Shown piece by piece: positions 29,901 to 36,408 of a stretch of DNA of 64,000 nt. Under the pieces are notes generated by a model, which worked only from the letters and a program-made list of their open reading frames with translations, was not told where the DNA came from and ran no database searches. The stretch is taken from positions 32,001 to 96,000 of the IMG/VR virus record IMGVR_UViG_3300025276_000001. The stretch is one strand, 5' to 3'. The position numbers were made by a program, and so were the translations under genes. The stretch is from a virus. How positions within the stretch are numbered: position 1 is the stretch's first letter; every line of letters starts with the position of its first letter.

Positions 29901-29923
29901 TAGATAAGTTCTGGATTAAATAA
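23948..29923 (+). CDS. giant virion/ejection protein with PD-(D/E)xK nuclease and degenerate zincin domains
   Basis: 1991 aa; AGTADLVII...IFDLKTS and QVNLY (RecB/Cas4-like nuclease motifs, ~25700-25960); EEMLHP at 24623; hydrophobic C-terminal helices. Confidence 0.8.
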   Translation: MAKCPNVNAAEYKALQAVYKTEIETNSIINSWQNANESDNFPTAVQAAKFVKTTKAVYALKQKQFGESVISNLVNKKLIHMFNGNYLVNVAYPGTQEYNAQAVKDNLKAIYKYLDINKIPLETIDFAATDKTFKVTMLNNVFTPKDILESTRGWDTSRSQKVVGHLKRMFPGVEVRLVSVKEAKRIHDGLPAWRKTSGSFANVNSFYYDQVAYLVKGRVTNETAIEEMLHPFIDAIKVDNESLFNNLLEEAKVNFPEMVQQITEAYNNKRNFNDLDRNLEIVTQALTRHFNNEYESQPTNSFLKLIQDALEWFKSVIENLHEYVTGNPLPVSAISKNATFTDIAKLLNTEGIRFKLEKRASAKLRYSFTPEVQSILQGARSVANGIQLEILNKMFGIAEKDSRNNDRLYANAAEPTDAGPRIVFNQKDHTYIDVNNPNGQVYASATTAIKGKLSNKEGEAIIRRDEALQALSDKGQKPNAKFTEKYKKEIANGKADDIQKEKDVKLNLDLGNDVDMIVESIVKLMNGYEGNINTELEKAMDSMAVLSRDQAREFFGAMKVAIRDFMPIDGIALSQVVVYDEATKLAGTADLVIIDRNGKIRIFDLKTSKNSIEKKISLSQSAGRRGLGSYEFSEWTLPADSRLRSESKEKIGREVTKLSTKGQHNLQVNLYRRMFENMGFSVYEGSFAASTFHVQLDIANKGEKQEYKGTWDYEGKVDHYETNISENSVYVDMLIPATVDNRNKKKLDAKLAEQPEAPYRGDQDKMAQEEIESTVEEEVAQALYPEMNTVFGALESYSTALDQAQRGDLNTKKVYSKRSKEQRLLDIAKLQAYITSGISRGPKAQSKIYTGLLSNALKDIREFTDYVTDPNNVTGDPEYIGFVLNFNRFLATYEPLYAIEGSKELNATQQQLVLNLKLEVDKLIGGTRLVSEGREGIINDAIFNYVKETVRLRSSKQFGVEGSGFTEADLIKELTIVNDIPGIDLQTRDMDTSTDTLLAVVAKIYKSQKQLLLDRIQYREKVIRTAGNKVLMLSGTNKENAYNYMQNFNEDGTRNGTYVKPIGSKFYDKQKELRAATRDADNVPYTYFNISDKNQASEEELEYNIDLANKKRAASQFGFAERVNENGQRIDGEYYSYNQEFIDARNKFEYFVSNDAYEGRWFKKQRVDSVEFNAYEARYYNITKYNQALRNPNGEATGVIMQGVDGRFVKPEYKDKNQFRLDKEGNRIEDLRSDKYKAIFDPAKTDALSIAQREFYVLYVKFFEEELLRMLPDNVRQSMLGKNPVVKSNLLDDLKNRPSIVSRMYASSVRGVKNLFQETSVQKAVLLDEVGDITNSLPIFMVGSPRKEGDMEAVEAKIIILEEKYKKNTVNRETYKSQLAVLTGELAKIRSRPLASELSGDLATSLIKFSAMAEHYEVMGQIEDTLTAIQRVVNNRQYEPSDVNTKFVGRGQNLINKAKKQVDAAVSGVEQSGSVGFKKETSGDSNTVRRLRKYMSMVYYDNELITKGAVDKIADLLIQQSSLAYVAFNPFGNFNNYLMGRINNNIEMLGGRFFSKKNFLRAGGEWNKQAITGLVERTGSGLRDLADVSTAGLAGIGKSNYDPDFANNKYEAFTQLLRMMDDSTDIRESGKDSDGKSIWERFKEWGYVMQDAAEYNVQSRVGIAMIMDTNLIDEATGETLSMYDAFNFNAKTKELDLESGKWSVLNKDGSTQEYNDAFRYDLRNKIREVNKQIHGNYAAEDRMVIQSHTLGNLAAQFHKWVAPAIRARFQTEYFDENLGWMEGRYKSWFKFLAFYFKNVVEAKGNMKELTETFLKEQDGYDGKGGQADQKGKNRLFGFYRTMGEMSIIAGVFLTNQLLAGLLEGDDDDSDTEKRIKNLTKYQGDRLYKELVLFAVVLPASMEQIFQMAKSPIATTRTMGELGQALSMTIWTPYELITKGKEGYEANSEYVYQNNPNKGQWKLGKEWKDVIPILYTIQKWKNALKLDKFWIK

Positions 29924-29967
29924 TTTAGACAAATTTACATAGAAAAATCTTCTAAGTTTAAATAAGA

Positions 29968-30007
29968 ATGACTATATTATTGTATAAACCTACAGTAGTA
30001 TAGTCAT
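29968..30007 (+). other. 17-bp stem-loop in the intergenic region
   Basis: ATGACTATATTATTGTA-taaacc-TACAGTAGTATAGTCAT; 15 Watson-Crick and 2 G-U pairs on the + strand; no U-tract. Confidence 0.7.
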
Positions 30008-30023
30008 AACTTAATACTTGTAT

Positions 30024-31238
30024 ATGAAAAAAATTATTGTCTTTTTACTTTTATCATTATTTATAACAAGTAATGTATCTGCACAAGGAAAGTTCTTTAG
30101 TGGTTTATATAAGGACTTTTTAAAATACGGTACCGTATACGGTGCTGGAGATATTTCTAATTCCATTGAAGCTGCAGAGCCCACTTACTTTGTAAGAACA
30201 GGCCAAGACGGCAGTCTATATTCCATTCCTGTTGTGGTTGATAATACTCCTAATTATCCCTTTGATTATAGATACGGAATTGGTATTAGAAAGTTAGCTA
30301 GATTTAGTTATGAAAGAAAGCCTAAAAACTTTTATGACGGAACAGAAAATCAGCTAGCATTTTCAGCACCAACATCTGCTTTCAAAGGTTTAGAATATCA
30401 AATACATTTTGAGAAGGAGAGATGGAGAGGGGAGAATTTTACAAACCACCATTTATTTGTAAAGCACACTGGTAAATATCATATTTTTAAAGTTCAAAGT
30501 AGAGAGGTAGATAAAATCAATTTAGAATTCTTTTCAATTGAAGCTAGAGCTAGGTTACCACTTGGTGAGAAGTTTTCAATATCAGCAGGAGTTATAGCAC
30601 GTGGACACGAAAGAGCATATGGTTATAACCCAATAGAGATATGGTTAAATGAAACTACAGAATATATAAACCCAGATGGTACAACTGAGGAGTTTCCAAC
30701 TAACCCTTGGTATACTTTAGGATTCTTATATGGTTATTCTGATCACTTCACAACTTCTACTGATGCTGCTACAGGAGAAGAAACTCAAGACTGGATTTGG
30801 AAAGATGCTGATGGAAACATAGTAGCACATACTGATTTAGAGTTTAGAGAAAATATATTTACTGACTTAATGAATAGGTACAATGGAGAACAATGGGAGC
30901 TCTTAGATCCTTGGGTAGAGATTGCTCCTATTATAGGTGCTGATTTTTATCATTATAAAGGTAACTTTTGGTTACATGCATATGCTAATTATATATTACC
31001 AATGCACAGATATATAAAAGGTGATGAAGACTTTTCATACCTAAACAGAAACAACTACGGTGCAGGAGGTTTAAATCCAGAGTCTGAATTAGAACAATGG
31101 AATGATTATTCTGCTGGACTTAGTTTTGGATTTAAAGTAAATAAAAGCTTAGGGGTTTTTGTACAGGGAGAATACTCTAAGATGTGGGATAGTGAATTAT
31201 ATCAGACTACATTTGGTCTTAATTATACATTTAGATAG
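30024..31238 (+). CDS. outer-membrane beta-barrel protein
   Basis: Signal peptide MKKIIVFLLLSLFITSNVSA-Q (ATG at 30024 preferred over TTG at 30018); aromatic-rich alternating strands; C-terminal beta-signal TTFGLNYTFR. Confidence 0.75.
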   Translation: MKKIIVFLLLSLFITSNVSAQGKFFSGLYKDFLKYGTVYGAGDISNSIEAAEPTYFVRTGQDGSLYSIPVVVDNTPNYPFDYRYGIGIRKLARFSYERKPKNFYDGTENQLAFSAPTSAFKGLEYQIHFEKERWRGENFTNHHLFVKHTGKYHIFKVQSREVDKINLEFFSIEARARLPLGEKFSISAGVIARGHERAYGYNPIEIWLNETTEYINPDGTTEEFPTNPWYTLGFLYGYSDHFTTSTDAATGEETQDWIWKDADGNIVAHTDLEFRENIFTDLMNRYNGEQWELLDPWVEIAPIIGADFYHYKGNFWLHAYANYILPMHRYIKGDEDFSYLNRNNYGAGGLNPESELEQWNDYSAGLSFGFKVNKSLGVFVQGEYSKMWDSELYQTTFGLNYTFR

Positions 31239-31240
31239 AT

Positions 31241-31954
31241 ATGAGAACGTTAATTATTTTTATGATAGTATTATTAAGTAGTTGTTCTACTTATAAAGTA
31301 AGTACAATGGGTCACGATCCAGAATACAGTCTTAATCTACCTGATAATATAACGATTGATACCCTTAACTATAGACAATTACAGTGGAAGCTTAGAACAG
31401 ACTTTAACTTTAGATATGATTTTGCAGTCTATGCAATGAATCAGCCATTTAATTATAGGTTTGGTAGATACAATAGATTTGGTATGTTTAATCCTCAATA
31501 TAGTAGCACACAGTATTGGATGAATTGGGCATTTGGAAATACTAATTTTAATATGTGGGACAACTGGGGTTACCCATATAGTAATAACTATGTATGGAAT
31601 GGATGGAGTAATGGATATGGATATAATGCATGGCACCAATTTGGTGGAATTTATGGTAGAAGAATGTCTATACAAGATAGGCGAGGTATAGCTGCTATGG
31701 GAAATTCAAGAATATCTAGAGAAACGACTGCTGTTATTCATGGTAATAACAATACTAGAGTGAGAGTAAAAAGAACTAATGTTAAACCAAAAGTAGTAAT
31801 TAGAAACAAACCTATAAAAGTATATAAGCCTATACCTTTTAGAAATAATTCAATTCCAATTAACAATACTAGAAGTAATAGAGTAGTACGTAACAACAAT
31901 AATAATAGTACAGTAATTAAAACAGTAAGTAGGAACCCTACTAAAAATCAATAA
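31241..31954 (+). CDS. lipoprotein with W/Y/N/G-rich and R/N-rich low-complexity tail
   Basis: Lipobox LLSS-C at residue 15 after a short hydrophobic signal. Confidence 0.75.
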   Translation: MRTLIIFMIVLLSSCSTYKVSTMGHDPEYSLNLPDNITIDTLNYRQLQWKLRTDFNFRYDFAVYAMNQPFNYRFGRYNRFGMFNPQYSSTQYWMNWAFGNTNFNMWDNWGYPYSNNYVWNGWSNGYGYNAWHQFGGIYGRRMSIQDRRGIAAMGNSRISRETTAVIHGNNNTRVRVKRTNVKPKVVIRNKPIKVYKPIPFRNNSIPINNTRSNRVVRNNNNNSTVIKTVSRNPTKNQ

Positions 31955-31959
31955 TAATA

Positions 31960-32244
31960 ATGGCCCAGGAGATAGGAGAAGGAACTAAAGTAACTTTAGA
32001 TCTAAAGACAATAGGAATGATAGTAGGCTTTACAGTTTCATTATCATCAATGTATTTTATACTACAAGCAGATATTGCTCAAGCAATGGTTTTACCAAAA
32101 CCAAGTATAGAAAGAGTTGAGTATGATCTGAAAGATGAACTAATTAGACAAACAATTATGGACACTCAAGAAGATGTTGATGCCATATTAGAAAAAATGG
32201 ATAAAATGGAAGAGCGTATGTATGAGCTCATGAAAGGTAAATAG
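31960..32244 (+). CDS. small membrane-anchored coiled-coil protein
   Basis: TM segment IGMIVGFTVSLSSMYFIL followed by heptad-like acidic C-terminus. Confidence 0.7.
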   Translation: MAQEIGEGTKVTLDLKTIGMIVGFTVSLSSMYFILQADIAQAMVLPKPSIERVEYDLKDELIRQTIMDTQEDVDAILEKMDKMEERMYELMKGK

Positions 32245-32246
32245 CA

Positions 32247-32663
32247 ATGAAAAAATTAATTTTTGTATTCATATTATTAGTGTGGAGTCAGTTACTTCAT
32301 GGCCAATCATGGATTGATGATACTAATTTTGGTGATACTATAGCTGATAATTCTACATTTGATGATACTAAAAGCATTATCATAATAGAGTTTTATGCAG
32401 ATTTTAACAAACAAAATGCTTTCCATGAATGGGAAAAATTGGATGAAATAGATGGTGTTAAATATTTCAGATGTGATATTACAAAAGCTCCTTCTGCTAA
32501 GAAAGAGTATAGGATCAGAATGGTTCCTACAATACTAATCTTTTCAGAAGGAGAAGCTTTTATAAAATTTAAGGCCAAGGCAGGACTAGACTTACTATGT
32601 CCAGTAGACTTACCTAAAATGCTTAGAGCAATAGAAGTAGTTAAGAGAGAATCACAATTCTAA
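32247..32663 (+). CDS. exported thioredoxin-fold protein lacking CxxC
   Basis: Signal peptide; IIIEFYADFN where Trx has VDFWAxWCxxC; KEYRIRMVPTILIFSEG matches the Trx cis-Pro strand. Confidence 0.7.
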   Translation: MKKLIFVFILLVWSQLLHGQSWIDDTNFGDTIADNSTFDDTKSIIIIEFYADFNKQNAFHEWEKLDEIDGVKYFRCDITKAPSAKKEYRIRMVPTILIFSEGEAFIKFKAKAGLDLLCPVDLPKMLRAIEVVKRESQF

Positions 32664-34285
32664 CCTTCACAACTAGAACACTCTAGAATATTCCTTGCAA
32701 AATCTTGAGCAGAACTTTTACTAAATTGATAGTATAAAGTTTTAACCCCTTCTTCCCAAGCGTACATATATAGTTTATTTATATCTTTAGCAGAGACGGA
32801 TGGGTCAATCATTAAGTTTAATGACTGAGACTGGTCAATATGTTTTTGTCTTTGTGCTGCTTGCAATACAATCTCTTTAGGAGATATTTCAACAAAAGAT
32901 TTAAACACTTCTTTATTAGGAAAATCTAAGTGTTGAACTGAACCATCCTTTTTAAGAATACCTTTCCAGATAGCCGGGGTGTTCAAACCATGCTTTTCTA
33001 ATTGAGTTTCTAAGAAAGGATTCTTATATACTGTTTTAGACTTAGCAAGATCTTTTATAAAGTAATTAGACTTAATAGGTTCAATACCCATACTCACAGC
33101 TCCGTGAATGAACGAACTAGATTTAGTTGGAGCAATTGCCATTAGAGTTGTGTTAGCGTAACCATCCCTAATAGATCTATAACCATACTCTTTATTTAAT
33201 TCTCTTGATGCTATTTCACTTCTGTCTTTAAGTGTTCTAAATATTTCACTGTTTAAACCTTTAGCCTGTAGTGAGTCAAACTCAATAAGCTTAGATTGAA
33301 ATAATGAATGGTAACCCATAACACCTAGGCCAACAGCTCTGTGATTTTTTGCAAAATTATAAGCTCTCTTCATACCGGGCATTGTTTCAGCCTTAATAAT
33401 AAACTCATCCATTACAGCATTAAGAAAATAGACATATGTTTCTACAGCATCTGTTTCTTTAATCTCATCCCAGTGTAACAGGTTGATAGATCCTAAGCAA
33501 CAAACAAAAGAATTATAACTATCTGTAGGTAATTGTATTTCAGAACATAGATTTGAAGCAGTGATATCTAATCCTAACTCTTTATAAGGAGAATTGTTAT
33601 TAGAGTTATCTTTAAACATTATGTAAGGAAAACCAAATTCACTTCTGTTTTGAATAATCTTGGCCCAAATTTTACGTTTGCTTTTGTCCCCAGCTTTCAT
33701 ATCTTCCATCCACTGGTCAGTAACAGTAACACCATACTGTAGATTTTGTATTGGATTACCTTCTGTTCCAATATCTAAAAACTCTAAAATATCTGCATGC
33801 TCTACAGGTAAGTATACAGCACATGCTCCACGCCTAGCTTCAGATTGTTTACAAACATCTACTACCGTATCATATATCTTAGCATAATGAATTGGTCCAT
33901 CTGCAAATCCTCCTGTAGAAATAGGTGCACCTCTTTCTCTAATGTTTCCCAAGTAACCAGAAGTTCCACCTCCATACTTAGACATCATTCCAATTTCACG
34001 GCCAGCATTTAATATACTGTCCAAGTTGTCATCTATATTAGATCCGTAACAACTGATAGGTAATCCTTTTGCTTTACCAAAGTTAATCCACACCGGGGTT
34101 GACAAAGAGTAATACCCTTTGGCCATATAGTGTTCAAACTTTTCTGCAAATCCTTTTATATTCAAATACTTTTCTGCCTTAATAGCAATGTCTTTGATTC
34201 TTTGTTCAGGGGTCTCTGTAATATATCCCCTTGATAAAAATGTACGGCTGTCTTCATTTAGCCAGTAGTAGTTATTATACTCCAT
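32660..34285 (-). CDS. nrdA: ribonucleotide reductase class I alpha subunit (short, no ATP cone)
   Basis: PISC, GGGT, SNLCSEI, APTKSSS, DQSQS, KTLYY and C-terminal CSSCEG. Confidence 0.95.
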   Translation of the reverse strand: MEYNNYYWLNEDSRTFLSRGYITETPEQRIKDIAIKAEKYLNIKGFAEKFEHYMAKGYYSLSTPVWINFGKAKGLPISCYGSNIDDNLDSILNAGREIGMMSKYGGGTSGYLGNIRERGAPISTGGFADGPIHYAKIYDTVVDVCKQSEARRGACAVYLPVEHADILEFLDIGTEGNPIQNLQYGVTVTDQWMEDMKAGDKSKRKIWAKIIQNRSEFGFPYIMFKDNSNNNSPYKELGLDITASNLCSEIQLPTDSYNSFVCCLGSINLLHWDEIKETDAVETYVYFLNAVMDEFIIKAETMPGMKRAYNFAKNHRAVGLGVMGYHSLFQSKLIEFDSLQAKGLNSEIFRTLKDRSEIASRELNKEYGYRSIRDGYANTTLMAIAPTKSSSFIHGAVSMGIEPIKSNYFIKDLAKSKTVYKNPFLETQLEKHGLNTPAIWKGILKKDGSVQHLDFPNKEVFKSFVEISPKEIVLQAAQRQKHIDQSQSLNLMIDPSVSAKDINKLYMYAWEEGVKTLYYQFSKSSAQDFARNILECSSCEG

Positions 34286-34297
34286 AATTAGTTGGTT

Positions 34298-35281
34298 TTA
34301 AAATAAGTCATCTTCTGTAATGCTCTTGCTTTTCTTGTTGTAGTCTACACTCTTTTTGTAAAAGAAGTCTCCTTCTTTGGTTCCTAATATCTCTATATCA
34401 AACCACTCAGTAGATTCTAATAGTTTTAAGTCAACTTGAAAGATTGGTTTCATACCTATCTTTTCTAGTGAGTTGTTGAATCTATTCTTAATAAAATGTT
34501 GTATTGTATTTTGTGGTAAAAAGCTAAGTTCACCTTGTTCAAAGATCCAGTCTAGTATACCACACTCAGCTCTATAAGCTTTTCTACATGCAGAATAAAT
34601 TAACTCCTCAAACTCTTCATCAAACCACTCAGGGTTTTCTTTTTTAATGATATTAATAAGTTCAGCTCCAAAGTTACCATGGATATCTTCTTCTTTTGAT
34701 GTGGCTTCTACAACGTTAGATATGCCTTTAAAGACATTCTTTTCCTTATTAAAGCTCATCATAATTAAGAATTGACTAAACAAACTTACATGCTCTATAA
34801 ATAAAGAAAACAATAATACAGATTTAGTATACATCTTATTGTCTTTAGAGCGTGTACCATCCAGGTACTTTTTTAAGTACTTAAGTCTACCGGCAATAGC
34901 AGGCACTTCAATAACACTTTGAAATTCTTTTTCAAGTCCAAGTATCCTAAGCAACCTGGCGTAAGCATCTTTATGTCTTACTTCTGATTCTGCAAATGTC
35001 ATTCCAACATCTCCAACTTCTGTAATTGGCATTCTTTTATAAAGATCTGCCCAAAAGGTTTTTACATTAACTTCTATTTGTGCAATAGCAAGCATTGTTT
35101 TTTTAATAACATCACGTTCCTGAGAACTGATAGTTACTTTAAAATCTTGTATATCTTCTGTAAAATTAAACTCTGTGTCAATCCAATAGGAATGTCTGAT
35201 AGCATCTTTATATGCTAGGAGTTGAGGGTATTCATAAGGTAAAATATTGACTCTGGGTTTAAAAATGTTTTTTGCTTTCAT
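34298..35281 (-). CDS. nrdB: ribonucleotide reductase class I beta subunit (class Id/NrdBi-like)
   Basis: Ferritin-like ligands LAIAQIEVNVKTFW, ESEVRHKDAY, IEHVSLFSQF, EEDIHG; C-terminal DDLF. Confidence 0.93.
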   Translation of the reverse strand: MKAKNIFKPRVNILPYEYPQLLAYKDAIRHSYWIDTEFNFTEDIQDFKVTISSQERDVIKKTMLAIAQIEVNVKTFWADLYKRMPITEVGDVGMTFAESEVRHKDAYARLLRILGLEKEFQSVIEVPAIAGRLKYLKKYLDGTRSKDNKMYTKSVLLFSLFIEHVSLFSQFLIMMSFNKEKNVFKGISNVVEATSKEEDIHGNFGAELINIIKKENPEWFDEEFEELIYSACRKAYRAECGILDWIFEQGELSFLPQNTIQHFIKNRFNNSLEKIGMKPIFQVDLKLLESTEWFDIEILGTKEGDFFYKKSVDYNKKSKSITEDDLF

Positions 35282-35301
35282 GTAGATTAAATTTGTTTGA
35301 A

Positions 35302-35343
35302 GATATAAAAGCTGTACCTCCGGTAGGAAATACAGCCTATATC
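35302..35343 (-). terminator. stem-loop directly upstream of nrdB (terminator or leader hairpin)
   Basis: Minus strand GCTGTATTTCC-TACC-GGAGGTACAGC followed by TTTT; outer GATATA/TATATC extension. Confidence 0.55.
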
Positions 35344-35373
35344 AATGTAAGAAAATTTTACTAGATTAAAAAA

Positions 35374-35562
35374 TTATGTAATCATATTTACATAACTAAT
35401 TGTAAAAAATATCAAACCAATTTCAACACCTAAAACTTTACGGTATTCATCATCCTCACACAGGACTTCACAATTGATTGATTTTATGCCAAATAGAGTC
35501 TCTGTTGGGAGAATTTCTATAGCTATTTTATTTTTAAAAACTAAAGGATTTACTTTTTCCAT
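35374..35562 (-). CDS. small hypothetical protein with hydrophobic beta-strand C-terminus
   Basis: 62-aa ORF with A-rich leader and an upstream TAnnTTTG promoter. Confidence 0.6.
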   Translation of the reverse strand: MEKVNPLVFKNKIAIEILPTETLFGIKSINCEVLCEDDEYRKVLGVEIGLIFFTISYVNMIT

Positions 35563-35598
35563 GTTTGGTTTTTTTGTATATTATTATAGTATACGATG

Positions 35599-35614
35599 CA
35601 AATATAGCAAATTT
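35599..35614 (-). promoter_or_regulatory. Bacteroidota sigma-A type promoter (-7 TATATTTG), extended AAATTTGCTATATTTG
   Basis: Matches TAnnTTTG; exact 16-bp copy at 60070-60085. Confidence 0.7.
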
Positions 35615-35689
35615 ACTATTTTTAATATGTGGTTTGTTAATTTAATTGATTAAAGAATGATAAGGCAAGACTTGCTTAAGTTATTAGAA

Positions 35690-35711
35690 ATTTGTATATT
35701 AATAGTATAAA
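35690..35711 (+). promoter_or_regulatory. putative late promoter motif ATTTGTATATTAATAGTATAAA
   Basis: 21/22 identical to 108-129; 10 nt before ATG 35722. Confidence 0.55.
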
Positions 35712-35721
35712 GTATATAATT

Positions 35722-35883
35722 ATGATTAAAAAATTCTTCTGTTTGTTATGGTGTTGTAGTCTACAAGATGTATGGCAGTACTTATGGTCTAAGACTGAGG
35801 TAGATGAAAAGGTTATTAAAGTAGTTAAGGAAACTAAATCAAGAGCTAAAGCTGTTAAAAAAGCAGTTAAAGGCAAAAAATAA
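35722..35883 (+). CDS. small basic hypothetical protein (53 aa)
   Basis: MIKKFFCLLWCC...KAVKKAVKGKK; ATG at 35722 preferred over the upstream TTG, which lies inside the promoter motif. Confidence 0.6.
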   Translation: MIKKFFCLLWCCSLQDVWQYLWSKTEVDEKVIKVVKETKSRAKAVKKAVKGKK

Positions 35884-35890
35884 AATCAAA

Positions 35891-36016
35891 ATGATGAAAA
35901 AGATATGTTTGTTTATTAGGTGGGTAACATTTGGTAAAGTGTGTTTAGGACACTGCAAATGGGATATTTGTACTAATACAGAATCTTGTAGTTGTAACGA
36001 TTGTAATTGTAAATAA
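35891..36016 (+). CDS. 41-aa Cys-rich microprotein (not in ORF track)
   Basis: MMKKICLFIRWVTFGKVCLGHCKWDICTNTESCSCNDCNCK; fills the gap between neighbours; A-rich leader. Confidence 0.6.
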   Translation: MMKKICLFIRWVTFGKVCLGHCKWDICTNTESCSCNDCNCK

Positions 36017-36017
36017 T

Positions 36018-36161
36018 ATGGATTGGCAATTAGAGATGGCTTTTCACTGGCCACATGATAGATGTGCTTTAGGTTGGGAAACAATTGCTCCTGATCCTGA
36101 ACATAATTATCATACGATCAAAGTATACTTAATTATACTCACGCTTACATTAGATATTTAA
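36018..36161 (+). CDS. 47-aa microprotein (not in ORF track)
   Basis: MDWQLEMAFHWPHDRCALGWETIAPDPEHNYHTIKVYLIILTLTLDI; 1 nt after the previous stop and 4 nt before the next start. Confidence 0.65.
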   Translation: MDWQLEMAFHWPHDRCALGWETIAPDPEHNYHTIKVYLIILTLTLDI

Positions 36162-36165
36162 TAAA

Positions 36166-36408
36166 ATGAAAAGACAAGGTTTACAACGTCCAAAGATGAC
36201 AAAACAAAAAGCCAAGCTAATGTGTAAACGGGCTGGTGGAGAACTTGATGACATCATGTATGGATCTATGGTTGAAAAAATGACCAAAGGTGGTACTGCT
36301 AAACGTAATGTATATAGTGCTGAAACCGGAAGAGAGTCTATGCAAGAATATAATCTTGGTGGCGGAACCCACAACACATATAGTGGTAAAAGAAAAAAGA
36401 AAAAATGA
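36166..36408 (+). CDS. small basic protein with repeated xxGG motifs
   Basis: KRAGG, MTKGG, YNLGG; K-rich end overlapping the next start. Confidence 0.65.
   Translation: MKRQGLQRPKMTKQKAKLMCKRAGGELDDIMYGSMVEKMTKGGTAKRNVYSAETGRESMQEYNLGGGTHNTYSGKRKKKK

Noticed and set aside
139-29923. Stop-codon reassignment (TAG or TGA), known in some crAss-like phages
   Set aside because: Giant ORFs are uninterrupted in code 11, and TAG ends genes that are closely followed by new starts (3423, 31238, 44257); no suppressor tRNA seen
32247-32663. Thioredoxin-like gene as the electron donor for the adjacent RNR
   Set aside because: It has a signal peptide, lacks CxxC and lies in the opposite-strand operon
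35665-35675. Palindrome GCAAG-A-CTTGC as a possible operator
   Set aside because: Only 5-bp arms and a single copy; could be chance
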